Of a DNA stretch of 64,000 bases, positions 39,017 through 48,967 are shown in pieces. A model generated the notes under the pieces. That model ran no database searches. It worked only from the letters and a program-made list of their open reading frames with translations, and had not been told where the DNA came from. A program made the position numbers and the translations under genes. The stretch comes from a virus (taxonomy: Duplodnaviria > Caudoviricetes). Each line of letters starts with the position of its first letter. Position 1 is the first letter of the stretch. The stretch is from positions 278,329 to 342,328 of the IMG/VR virus record IMGVR_UViG_3300028048_000040; one strand, given 5' to 3'.

Positions 39017-40979
39017 CAACATGGCTTTTAATCTAGTAACTAATGTAGTAGATGAAACGCAATTAAGAAAAGCTCAGTTAAGAGCTCTAAAACTATTTGC
39101 AGATACTGTTAAAGGTACTTATGGTCCTATGGGTGAGTATACTGCTTATAGTATGCAAGATCCTAACAATAAACTTAAAGCTATTGTGTCTTATTATACT
39201 AAAGATGGTTTTACTGTATTGAAACATGTAGATACGGATAAACCAATTGAATCTCTTTTAAGAGATGATATCCGCACTATCTGTACTCATGTTATTAAGA
39301 CTATTGGTGATGGTACTACATCTGCTACAATGCTTTCTTATTATATCTTTAAAGGACTTCTTGAACTTCAGTACAAGAGAAAGCTTCCTAAGAGACGTAT
39401 TATAAAAGCATTCAAAGAGATTATCAAAGAAGGTATTTCTGAGATTGAATCCAAAGCAAGAGAATGCACAGTTGATGATATCTATAATATTGCTTATACT
39501 TCTCTTAATGGTAATGAAGAGATGGCAAATATCATCAAAGGTATCTATGAAGAAAGTGGCATGGATGTATTTATTGATGTAAGTGCATCTAATACTAAAG
39601 ATACTATTGTTAAGACTTATAACTCTCTTGTATATGAGGCAGGTTATATTGATTCTTGCTTTATCAATAATGAACAGGATAATACTGTAGATTACCATAA
39701 TCCACATATCTATGTATTTGAATCCCCTATTGATACTCCAGATATGATCAATACTCTTAAACTTATCTTTACTAAAGAGATTACAGAACCAATTCAACAA
39801 TATCAAAAATTGATAGCTAAAGGTAAACAGCCTGATCAACCTCTTTCTCCAGTATTGGTAATCTGTCCTCATATTTCTAGAGATGCTAATAGCTTTATTG
39901 ATCAACTCATTGTAGAGTTTACCAATATGAAGATGGCTCAGCGTCCTCAATTCTGTATTGTATCTAATATTGATAACGATAATGGTTATCTCTTAGATAT
40001 TATGAAACTTACAGAAGCCAAGTTCATCAAGAAGTATATTGATAAAGAATCTTATGAGATTGATAAGAATATTGGTCTAGCTCCTAATGAAATGAATATT
40101 AGAACATTTGCAGGTACTGCTGAACGTATAGTGGTAGATGCTCTTACTACTAAGATTATCAATCCAAAACAGATGTATGATGAGAATGGTGAGTATACTG
40201 AGTTCTATACTAACTATATTAAACAGTTAGAAGATCTTCTCAAAAAGTATGAAGAAACTAGAGAAGAAATAGTTAAGATTGGTAAGCTTAAGAGACGTAT
40301 CAATATTATTAAAGCAAATATGGTAGATCTATATGTAGGTGGTATTGGTACTACAGATAGAATGGCTTTGTCTGATTCTGTAGAAGATGCTGTTCTTAAC
40401 TGTCGTTCTGCTGCTGCTGATGGTGTTGGTTATGCAGCAAACTATGAAGGTTTAAGAGCTTTCAATAAGCTTCTTACTAAGTATGATGCTGAGTTTAAAG
40501 AAGCTGATGAAGCTTATGAACAAGATAAAGAAAATAATAATTTCATTAAAGAGAGAATTCGCACCTTCATCAATAAAGAAGTTGCTACAGTAATCACCAA
40601 ATCTTATATAGAACTCTGTTCACAGATTTATGTTCCCTATTGTGATGATGATCACAAAGATGCTCTTGGTATCGTTGGATTATCCTTAGCTAATAAAGAT
40701 CAATCTAAGAGAAAGCCATTCAATATTTTGACAGAGGAGTATGATGATCTTGTGCTCACTTCTATCAAAACTGAGCCAGCTATCCTAGAAGCTATCTCTC
40801 GTATCATTACTACTCTTTACAATACTAATCAGTTCCTGGTTCCTGATCCAAGATTCAATATCTACCAGATGGATAAAGATGATGAAGAGTATAAGAAACA
40901 GAAAATGCAATCAAAAGAATCAGCAAAAGAAAAAACCGTAGACGTTACTGAATTTATTGATGATGAATCTGAAAAGTAA
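38994..40979 (+). CDS. groEL: GroEL-like chaperonin (start probably 39021)
   Basis: TVKGTYGPMG, TKDGFTVLK, GDGTTSAT, VEDAV motifs; no GGM tail. Confidence 0.9.
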   Translation: MMIIRRINNMAFNLVTNVVDETQLRKAQLRALKLFADTVKGTYGPMGEYTAYSMQDPNNKLKAIVSYYTKDGFTVLKHVDTDKPIESLLRDDIRTICTHVIKTIGDGTTSATMLSYYIFKGLLELQYKRKLPKRRIIKAFKEIIKEGISEIESKARECTVDDIYNIAYTSLNGNEEMANIIKGIYEESGMDVFIDVSASNTKDTIVKTYNSLVYEAGYIDSCFINNEQDNTVDYHNPHIYVFESPIDTPDMINTLKLIFTKEITEPIQQYQKLIAKGKQPDQPLSPVLVICPHISRDANSFIDQLIVEFTNMKMAQRPQFCIVSNIDNDNGYLLDIMKLTEAKFIKKYIDKESYEIDKNIGLAPNEMNIRTFAGTAERIVVDALTTKIINPKQMYDENGEYTEFYTNYIKQLEDLLKKYEETREEIVKIGKLKRRINIIKANMVDLYVGGIGTTDRMALSDSVEDAVLNCRSAAADGVGYAANYEGLRAFNKLLTKYDAEFKEADEAYEQDKENNNFIKERIRTFINKEVATVITKSYIELCSQIYVPYCDDDHKDALGIVGLSLANKDQSKRKPFNILTEEYDDLVLTSIKTEPAILEAISRIITTLYNTNQFLVPDPRFNIYQMDKDDEEYKKQKMQSKESAKEKTVDVTEFIDDESEK

Positions 40980-41102
40980 AATTTTATATTAGAACGTACA
41001 AAATAATAGTGCGTTATCTGCTGTTTACTCTTAACTATTGTGGAGTAGCTTTGGTCGGCTACTCCACAATCTAGTCAAAGAGGTATAAGAAGGTGTTAAG
41101 GA

Positions 41103-41897
41103 ATGACTAAGATCACATTTGATAATTGGATTAAGAATCCTACTGGTGCTAGACCTATGATGGTTCAGCAAAGAGAAATGGCTAAACAGATTTATACTGA
41201 TAAGTATAATAAGATGATGCTGGCTTCTGCTGGAGCTATGAATTATACTTTATGGAAATCACAAAAGGGAGATAGATTTATTATCTTCTTTACCATACCA
41301 TCAGAATCTACTCAGAAGATATTCTATGATGTAGCTGTTGAATTCTATACTAGGGATACAATAGAAACACAGAAAAATAATTTGAATGGATATTATGTTA
41401 GATTCTTCTCTAATGATCCTAACTTTACATTCACTTTTGCTTATGTATATAATAAGCAAGGTCTAATTATCCAAGATCTGAAAAAGAAATTATCTGCTCA
41501 GTCTATAACAGACAAACCAAAAGTTACCAATCCTAATAAAGTAGTAGGATGGGTAAAAGTGTTCTATTTTGCATACTTGTATATGGTTGATCATGGTCTA
41601 TTCAATAAATTGAATTGGTTAAATGCATATACTCTGCAATCTCAACTTACAACTTGCATCAGTAAAGTAATGGATGCTCAAAAGAAACTAGTTCAAGTTC
41701 AATCTTTGAAAGAACTCCAGGATTCTAAAAAGAATCCAAAGATTCCTAATATTGGAAACACTTCTGATCTAGAATCTCTAAAATATAAAGCTAAAAGCAC
41801 TAAGAATGTAGATAAAATGAAGAGTGTTATCAGCAAGATATCTAGAGATAATGTTAAAAGAGCCAACAAAGTCAAATATTCAAAAAGAATAAAATGA
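41103..41897 (+). CDS. Hypothetical protein
   Basis: 264 aa, between the chaperonin and the gp226-like gene. Confidence 0.7.
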   Translation: MTKITFDNWIKNPTGARPMMVQQREMAKQIYTDKYNKMMLASAGAMNYTLWKSQKGDRFIIFFTIPSESTQKIFYDVAVEFYTRDTIETQKNNLNGYYVRFFSNDPNFTFTFAYVYNKQGLIIQDLKKKLSAQSITDKPKVTNPNKVVGWVKVFYFAYLYMVDHGLFNKLNWLNAYTLQSQLTTCISKVMDAQKKLVQVQSLKELQDSKKNPKIPNIGNTSDLESLKYKAKSTKNVDKMKSVISKISRDNVKRANKVKYSKRIK

Positions 41898-41980
41898 CAT
41901 TAAGGAGGTTTCTAAAAATAGGCATATACTATTAAATTGGTATAGGGAGAAAGTAGCATTAAGGAAGAAGGAGAAACAAG

Positions 41981-43780
41981 ATGAACTACAAAAATGCCAA
42001 TGAACTTCATAACGAGGGTATAGGGGATGTTCCTTATGGAGATGATAGATTCTATAGACCTAGAATCAAACTTAATCGGGCATTGTATAAAGAGGGGGAA
42101 TTAATACCTGTAGTAGATTTTGTTGACCACAGTATCTTTAAAGAAGGAGATAGCATAGCAAAGCATGACTTTGCTAATGCTCTAAAAGGTCAACCTGCAA
42201 CTAATGTTGTTTTTAATGCAACAAAACCACCTATTGATCAATGGCAACCAACGTGTGCTGAAGACATGGTCTTCACTCACATTAGAGGAGCTATTATAGC
42301 ACCAGTTCACAAATTTTTTAATATGTCAGATGACGATAGAGCAAATGACATGTTTGACTATTTCTATGTGACAGCTAAGAGATGCTATAATTCTGATACT
42401 AAAGTGAAACCAGATGGAGAAGTATCTATCGGATTTAGAGATCATTGTACTAGCTATCTGAACTATTTTGAAAAGTACTATGATACAGATTTACAGTTGT
42501 TAGGACTGTATAAGGAAATCAAATACATGATAGATTGTGTTCCTAACTATTCTTTAGAAGCATTCAAGTCTGACCTTTGGAAATACTTTATCAATCCAAA
42601 TATGTCTTATGTGGCTTGGAAACTGAACTATGCTTTGGATAAGATGACTTTGGAACAGTTCTCCTTAGACTTGAACTATAAGAACAACAAGTCTCCAGTA
42701 TTAGAATACTCTCCTTTCCATGCTAAGATCATGTTAAAGGTGTCAGTTCAACAGAATATGATCATACCTCTTCTGACTCATTTCATAGTAAAGAAGAAAT
42801 ATGATCAATCGGAAACTAAGAATATACTTCTTTCTACTTTTGATTTGTTGTTTCAAGCAGCTGATCTTATATATGGGGTGGATCTCAATTCTAAGATCCT
42901 TGAAACAACATCTTCTAACGTCGAGAAGAATGTATCAAACAATTTGACTCTTTGGGAAATGCAGACTATAAGAGCAAGAAACACTACTACTCATTCTATG
43001 GAGACAGTAGAAAATATAATCATGCAGATAATCCCAAAGTATACCTATTCAAAGAACATCATTCACTTCAATTACAATGCCATCAATAGGGACATTAAGT
43101 TTAAAGTAACTGGAGTACCATATGAGTTTGGTTTTGTTATGCTATCATCTTCTATAAGAGATGATGATAACAACTCTGAATGTGATAAGTTTGAAGCTCA
43201 TTCTGCTAAACTTAATGAGGCTACTATGATTCAAACACTCACTAATTGTCAAGAAACAATGAAGAGAATCATACTCAAATATGGTCCATTTGATGAGAAT
43301 GAAATCATGTTCTATTATAAGAGAATGTGTAAGAATGGTAAGTTTGTTGTTAATAAACTGCAGAATGTGCTTATTACATATCTCTTTGCTAAAGAGTTTG
43401 ATGATCCTCAAGCAGTTAAGATTGTAAATATAAAGAACTATATCATTCTTTGCATTACTGCTAGAAGAATGCTTCAATCTTATAACATGTTCCAGTTACC
43501 ATTCATGATTGGTGGTAAAGTCAATAGAATTGTTACTAAAAAGAATATCAATAAGAAAGAACTTCAAAAGATCAAAGCATCTAAGTTCTTCCCATTGATT
43601 CATGAGAAGTATAATAATGAGAAGATAGAGAACGATACTATATTCTCACTTATTGCACAAGTACTATCTTCTGAGTATGAAACTATTGACTATTGTCATA
43701 GAGAGAATGATGGTTTACAAATCAATATTATTCCTGATTTAGTATCAGAGGAGTTGTTAAGACTAGTGATGCTTATATGA
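41981..43780 (+). CDS. Probable non-virion RNAP promoter-specificity subunit (AR9 gp226/phiKZ gp68-like)
   Basis: Motif order recalled from AR9 gp226 (KRCY, LDLN, K.SV...IIP.L..F, I.PK, DD...SE..E, terminal EELL.L..LI); two genes from the chaperonin as in AR9; early-type promoter at 41924. Confidence 0.7.
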   Translation: MNYKNANELHNEGIGDVPYGDDRFYRPRIKLNRALYKEGELIPVVDFVDHSIFKEGDSIAKHDFANALKGQPATNVVFNATKPPIDQWQPTCAEDMVFTHIRGAIIAPVHKFFNMSDDDRANDMFDYFYVTAKRCYNSDTKVKPDGEVSIGFRDHCTSYLNYFEKYYDTDLQLLGLYKEIKYMIDCVPNYSLEAFKSDLWKYFINPNMSYVAWKLNYALDKMTLEQFSLDLNYKNNKSPVLEYSPFHAKIMLKVSVQQNMIIPLLTHFIVKKKYDQSETKNILLSTFDLLFQAADLIYGVDLNSKILETTSSNVEKNVSNNLTLWEMQTIRARNTTTHSMETVENIIMQIIPKYTYSKNIIHFNYNAINRDIKFKVTGVPYEFGFVMLSSSIRDDDNNSECDKFEAHSAKLNEATMIQTLTNCQETMKRIILKYGPFDENEIMFYYKRMCKNGKFVVNKLQNVLITYLFAKEFDDPQAVKIVNIKNYIILCITARRMLQSYNMFQLPFMIGGKVNRIVTKKNINKKELQKIKASKFFPLIHEKYNNEKIENDTIFSLIAQVLSSEYETIDYCHRENDGLQINIIPDLVSEELLRLVMLI

Positions 43781-44835
43781 CACAAACTAATACTATCCAG
43801 GACCAACTCAGGGAACAGCTCAAGCAGCTGTTCCCTGATTATAAAGAGTCTGGAAATAGAAAAGAATTTATGATTAATTGTCCACTATGTGAAAAAGAAG
43901 GAAGACCTGATCATGGATATCATATGTATATCTCTCTAGGATATGATGATAAACCTCCTATGTATAATTGTTTCAAAAACCATAATCATAGAGGTGTATT
44001 AACAAAATCCTTTCTAGAGCAAAATTCTAGATATCCCCAGTACATGGATACAGGTGTTCTCTCTCAAGTGGCAAAACGTAATTCTGCCTTGTCAGATTTA
44101 GGCAGGTACCGGCAAATTAGACAAGGAAAATATGAATTTTATACACCTTTGTCAAATAGTGAGATAAAAACTAATACAAAATTAGGATATCTCAATAAAC
44201 GTTTAGGCTGCAATCTATCATTGATAGATTTGCAGTCTCTTAAGGTTATATTGAATATTAAAGATTTTTTAGTATATAACAATATAACCAGAATATCTAG
44301 AAGTCAGTATACAGTAGATCTTCTAGATCAGTACTTCATAGGATTTCTTACTAATAACAACTCTACTATCATTCTGAGGAATTTGGTAAAAGAAAGAAAC
44401 AAGTTACCAGAAGTAGTACAAGATAGATATATCAAGTATTCTATAGTAGAAGGAGGATTTAGTGGTTATTATACTATTCCTTCTACTGTAGATATATATC
44501 AGCCAGTTAATATTCATATAGCTGAAGGTACATTCGATATATTATCTGTATATATCAATCTATGTGGAATGAACAATGTACAGAATATCTATTCTAGTAT
44601 AGGTGGTAACTCTTATCTAAATGCTATGAAGTATTATATCCTAGAGTGTGGTATAATCGATCCTATATTCCATCTGTATATAGATAATGATATCCCTAAT
44701 CAGTTCTTAGAACAGATTAAAAGGGTTATAAAACCTCTAAACCTACAAGTCTATATACATATGAATATAGCACCAAATGAAAAGGATTTTGGTGTATCAC
44801 CTGAAAGGATAAAACACTATTATTATGCATTATAG
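43777..44835 (+). CDS. DNA primase (Zn finger plus TOPRIM)
   Basis: CPLC..YNCF, IAEGTFD, YIDND, KDFG. Confidence 0.85.
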   Translation: MTQTNTIQDQLREQLKQLFPDYKESGNRKEFMINCPLCEKEGRPDHGYHMYISLGYDDKPPMYNCFKNHNHRGVLTKSFLEQNSRYPQYMDTGVLSQVAKRNSALSDLGRYRQIRQGKYEFYTPLSNSEIKTNTKLGYLNKRLGCNLSLIDLQSLKVILNIKDFLVYNNITRISRSQYTVDLLDQYFIGFLTNNNSTIILRNLVKERNKLPEVVQDRYIKYSIVEGGFSGYYTIPSTVDIYQPVNIHIAEGTFDILSVYINLCGMNNVQNIYSSIGGNSYLNAMKYYILECGIIDPIFHLYIDNDIPNQFLEQIKRVIKPLNLQVYIHMNIAPNEKDFGVSPERIKHYYYAL

Positions 44836-45631
44836 GGAGGGAATCACAATGTGTGCTATGAGAAGCGACGAACTTAAAAAGAATATCTACATACCTTTCA
44901 CAATCTTTCACAAAGCTGAAAAGTTTGATGAAGAAGGCCATGTCATATCAATAGATGATAATATTAGCATTAAAGATGTGACCTCTGTACAATTTGACAA
45001 AGTGAAATCTGAGTTTGGTCAAGATTTTGATAGAATTAAAGATGTATCTATCAATCTCAAAATCAATGATATCACTCCATTAAGATTATATGAATATGAT
45101 CAAGATTATGGTTATATTCGTTTATTATATATGACTTATACAGATAAGATTAATGTATATCATCCTGAATCTTCTTTATATGTAGAAGAAAAAGACCAGA
45201 TTGATATAATTTGTTTAGATAATGGTACTGATAAGATGTATTCTAGTGATTCATCTATCTTCTTAGTATCTGATGTAGTATCTCTTCACCAAGAGTTTGA
45301 GAAACACATTGGATTATTAGAGAATGTATTTGAAGATGGAGAACGTGCTTATAAGAATGGCTTTGTAGAACTAGAAAGTCTATTAGAAGGAAACCTTCCA
45401 GAGTTTGAGATTTTCTATATGGATGCTGCACATGAAATTCATGATTTCCATGATGTAGCTGTAGCAAATTATCAGCACTTTAAGAAACTGGTAGATTATA
45501 ATCATCTTGAAGCTGTATTTAGACAGTTTGATTATTCTCATCCAAGTGTATTTAAAAGAGGAGAATTCTCTTGGCATAATTTGTTCATGAAGTATATTCA
45601 AGAGCAAACTAAAAATTTAACACTGAACTAA
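44825..45631 (+). CDS. Hypothetical protein
   Basis: 268-aa ORF coupled to the primase gene. Confidence 0.65.
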   Translation: MHYREGITMCAMRSDELKKNIYIPFTIFHKAEKFDEEGHVISIDDNISIKDVTSVQFDKVKSEFGQDFDRIKDVSINLKINDITPLRLYEYDQDYGYIRLLYMTYTDKINVYHPESSLYVEEKDQIDIICLDNGTDKMYSSDSSIFLVSDVVSLHQEFEKHIGLLENVFEDGERAYKNGFVELESLLEGNLPEFEIFYMDAAHEIHDFHDVAVANYQHFKKLVDYNHLEAVFRQFDYSHPSVFKRGEFSWHNLFMKYIQEQTKNLTLN

Positions 45632-45640
45632 CAATATATT

Positions 45641-45736
45641 AGTGGCGTGGTGAACCACTTTGATAAGTAATGGTGAAGTTCCTTTCGGTAAGATTCCCAG
45701 TAGCTGTAATGGCTACTGGGGTTCTTATTGTTTTTT
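45641..45736 (+). ncRNA. Candidate late small RNA (about 95 nt) with GUUCCUUUC
   Basis: Late-type promoter at 45630, 5' hairpin AGUGG/CCACU at +1, terminator 45696-45736; could instead be only a 3' UTR. Confidence 0.4.
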
Positions 45737-45776
45737 CACATCAAGGTAAGCATAACTCTAATAAGGAGGTATAATA

Positions 45777-47195
45777 ATGGGTTCTTTTACCAACAAGCAT
45801 TACAATGAGACAGTACAAAGTTTAGTACAAGGATCACAGGATCGACTTAAAAACCCGTACTATCTTTTTTCTAATAAGTCTCCAACAACTGTAATGTATT
45901 ATAATATTAACTACAAGATGTCTACATTAGACCAAGGAACTAGACAGGTATATGACCATGTAGGAGAGAACTCTCCTTTAAGATTTAACAAAATTATTGA
46001 TTTTCAGTTATATGGTATTCCTAGAATAGAAATAGATTATAACATTGGAGAGTATGGCGTAGAATCTCCAGTAGAAGGAGAAGCATTAATTCTTCCTAAT
46101 ACAGTAATACCATGTGTAGATGATATGTTTACTATCAATTATCTAGTTGATAAACCAGTAATCTTTAGAGTATCAAAAGTATCTATTGATACGTTAGATA
46201 CAGGATCTAACTTCTACAGAATACAGTACTTTATAGATCGCGTAGATTTAGATGCTATTAAGTATCTTAATGGTAAGCAGTTAGTCAATGAATATGTATA
46301 TAAACCTGGTAATATAGGTTCTAATCTAGTATCTGTTATTGCTAAAGGAGATTCAGATACTATAGAGAAGTTGTCTGAAGCAGCTACAGAGATTCTACAT
46401 TACTATGCTGACCTGTTCTTCAAACCATCTATACAGACATTCTGTTATCTCTATACAGGGATATTTATCTATGATCCGTATTTGATCGAGTTCTTAATTA
46501 GGAATAAAGTATATGCTGTGCCAGACAATGAATATTATATGTATATATCTCAAGCAGTACATACTCCTAGGACTTTTAATATAGAATATGAGCATACTAT
46601 ATTTAGAGATATAGAAAAAAGAAATCCTAAACTAAGAACAAACTCTTGTTATATGGTTCCTTGTCATGATCCTAATAGCTTGCTTATGAATAGAATGGAA
46701 GACTACTTTGAGTTGTCTATTAATCTAAAGAACAAACCATTCTCCCCACCTATCAATTGGTTGAATATGGATCTGTTTGATAGGATAGTAAATAATGATC
46801 TATATGATGAAGACGATCCAGATGCTCCTATCTATAGAAATATAATTATAAGATGGATGAATGATAAATCTTACACTGTTACTGATGAAGAATTAGAGAA
46901 TCTTATTAATATATCATATCACCCATGCAAAGATCTATTTTATGAAATTCCTATTCTACTATTCATTCTCAATGATATAGTAACTGGTTTACAAGTAGAT
47001 CTTACTAACTTACCATCTAATGGTAATGGTGCTATTGGTAATACTTCTGCTGTATCTACCACTAATGCATTAGCAGATGATATTACTGTAGATGAATATA
47101 ATAGTGGTGGTAATTGTGGTAGAACTTGTATGTGTCCTAGGGGAGATACATATACCAAACCAGGTACAGATGACTCATATATGACTGGTAGATAG
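45777..47195 (+). CDS. Putative virion structural (neck/head-completion-like) protein
   Basis: Late-type promoter at 45737; beta-rich N-half (GEALILPNTVIPCVDDMF..FRVSKV). Confidence 0.5.
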   Translation: MGSFTNKHYNETVQSLVQGSQDRLKNPYYLFSNKSPTTVMYYNINYKMSTLDQGTRQVYDHVGENSPLRFNKIIDFQLYGIPRIEIDYNIGEYGVESPVEGEALILPNTVIPCVDDMFTINYLVDKPVIFRVSKVSIDTLDTGSNFYRIQYFIDRVDLDAIKYLNGKQLVNEYVYKPGNIGSNLVSVIAKGDSDTIEKLSEAATEILHYYADLFFKPSIQTFCYLYTGIFIYDPYLIEFLIRNKVYAVPDNEYYMYISQAVHTPRTFNIEYEHTIFRDIEKRNPKLRTNSCYMVPCHDPNSLLMNRMEDYFELSINLKNKPFSPPINWLNMDLFDRIVNNDLYDEDDPDAPIYRNIIIRWMNDKSYTVTDEELENLINISYHPCKDLFYEIPILLFILNDIVTGLQVDLTNLPSNGNGAIGNTSAVSTTNALADDITVDEYNSGGNCGRTCMCPRGDTYTKPGTDDSYMTGR

Positions 47196-47476
47196 AAAAA
47201 AGAAATGGAGTTGGCATACCAAACCAACTCCTGGGAATCAGAAATGTTAATTTAAGGGGACCAAGTTATGTTAAATGATTTTGTATAAATTCAAGGAGTT
47301 TATTCACCTCTTTCATATTTATTTAATCATCATTATTCGATTGTATATACTAACAAAATGCTGTTAATATAAAATATATATAAAATTTAACATAACTTGG
47401 GAACATTTCATACCCTAATTCAAACCTTACCACCCTATTTCCTTACATTACCCATGGGAAATATTGCTTCGGTTTC
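47196..47476 (-). ncRNA. Candidate structured RNA (about 280 nt) forming a long rod
   Basis: Early-type promoter at 47476-47491; perfect 16-bp inverted repeat (47260-47275/47385-47400) plus outer 8-bp stem; minus-strand terminator 47196-47231. Confidence 0.6.
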
Positions 47477-47539
47477 ATAATAATAATATATAATTGAAAA
47501 AAAGTTTACTTTACCAGGATAGGTTTTTCCTATCCTGGT

Positions 47540-47836
47540 TTAGCGTTTGATATAAGTTCTAAGATTTGTCAAAGTGCGTTTCTTTTTTACTTGGAATATG
47601 TTATATGATGCAAATAATGTGTCTAGAGACTTAGTTCTAATACAATTACTTAATGCTACCATTGCATCTAAACTATTCATGAAATCTTCATCACTATCAA
47701 TATCCTCTATTAATTGTTTAAGACCTATGAATGCTGATGCTTCTTTTCTAATAAACTCCATTATTTGATCATAAGGAGGGTTTGCCATGTTTTGCATCTC
47801 ATTCATTGTATTATCAGGATTCAGGATTGCCACCAT
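47540..47836 (-). CDS. Hypothetical protein
   Basis: AGGAGG SD; hairpin downstream at about 47513-47539. Confidence 0.65.
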   Translation of the reverse strand: MVAILNPDNTMNEMQNMANPPYDQIMEFIRKEASAFIGLKQLIEDIDSDEDFMNSLDAMVALSNCIRTKSLDTLFASYNIFQVKKKRTLTNLRTYIKR

Positions 47837-47931
47837 CTTATTGCCCTCCTATAATTTCTATTACAAGATGGTCAACTTAATCTATAAAACAGTATGATAA
47901 TCAGACACCTTATTAGAAGGAGGTTTTATTT

Positions 47932-48135
47932 GTGAGCGCAGTTGTAGACCAAATCATGTTAGAAGACATGTTAAATGAAGATATGGCAGATATTGCCATA
48001 ACTGGTTCTTATAATGAAGCAATAGATACATTGCTGGTATATGATGAAGATACTAAATCTTATGATCCTGATAGTGGAATGATGTTTCCACCTGAGATTA
48101 AAGATTATAATGAATACTTGGATGAGGTGAAGTAA
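47932..48135 (+). CDS. Small acidic late protein
   Basis: AAGGAGG SD; late-type promoter at 47888. Confidence 0.7.
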   Translation: MSAVVDQIMLEDMLNEDMADIAITGSYNEAIDTLLVYDEDTKSYDPDSGMMFPPEIKDYNEYLDEVK

Positions 48136-48136
48136 T

Positions 48137-48325
48137 ATGGCTCAGTTTATAGATACAGATCTTTTAGATATTATGACTGACGGCAAGTATGATGATACTC
48201 TAATCGAATCAGCAGATATGTTTATCGTTGATCAACATATTGAAGATTTTAGAGAAGCTACCTATGAATTAATGGGTGGTTCTATGTCTTTTGATGAAGC
48301 AGTAGATCAGATAGTAGACGTATAA
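48137..48325 (+). CDS. Small acidic late protein
   Basis: GAGGTG SD; weak similarity to the previous ORF. Confidence 0.7.
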   Translation: MAQFIDTDLLDIMTDGKYDDTLIESADMFIVDQHIEDFREATYELMGGSMSFDEAVDQIVDV

Positions 48326-48361
48326 CAGTAATATAAAATTTATATCTTTAAGGAGGATATA

Positions 48362-48889
48362 TTGATGAAAAAGAAAGTAGATGTTTATTGTGCAGCTGCA
48401 TTTGTGATTAAGGGTGCTCCATTTGCAGGTAAATGCCTTAATGTTGTTCTTGATGTTGAAGATATTCGTATGTGTCTTTTAAATAAGGCATTTGTGTGGG
48501 AACTGACTCCAGAAGGTAAGAGAATTCCTCTTGACTTTACAAATTATCGTCTTAACAATGGTGGTGTTGTTGATGATAATGTTATCGTTTCTACTGATGC
48601 TAGAATGAGAAATAATAGTGTCACTAGAGTAATAGTAGATCCAGAAACATCTAAAGCTGTTAAGAAGACTGAAGTTGTAGTTGAGAAGATTGAAAAAGAC
48701 AAACCAAAGGTTATCAAGGAAGATAAGAAAAAAGAAGTAGTGATTGAGAAAGAAGAAGTCAAGGAAGATAAAAAAGAAGATACTAAAGTAGTTGCTGAAA
48801 TGGATGTGACTGCTAAAGTGGAAGATACCAAGGAAGAAAAAAAGTTTGATAACAACTTCAAGAATAATAATAAACACAACAAGAAGTGA
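48362..48889 (+). CDS. Putative virion protein, paralog of 10088..10738, with Lys/Glu-rich tail
   Basis: Shared L.VE.I...L..K..V.E...L...NY..NNGG domain; late-type promoter at 48324. Confidence 0.65.
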   Translation: MMKKKVDVYCAAAFVIKGAPFAGKCLNVVLDVEDIRMCLLNKAFVWELTPEGKRIPLDFTNYRLNNGGVVDDNVIVSTDARMRNNSVTRVIVDPETSKAVKKTEVVVEKIEKDKPKVIKEDKKKEVVIEKEEVKEDKKEDTKVVAEMDVTAKVEDTKEEKKFDNNFKNNNKHNKK

Positions 48890-48967
48890 TATTATAACCA
48901 TAGAGGATGGATTCCTCTATGGTTTACATTGCAGTAATATATATTATTGTAATTGAGGTGAATTTCA

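Noticed and set aside
40997-41075. Late promoter plus strong hairpin as another sRNA
   Set aside because: The hairpin lacks a U-run and is as well explained as the chaperonin terminator or the leader of 41103..41897.
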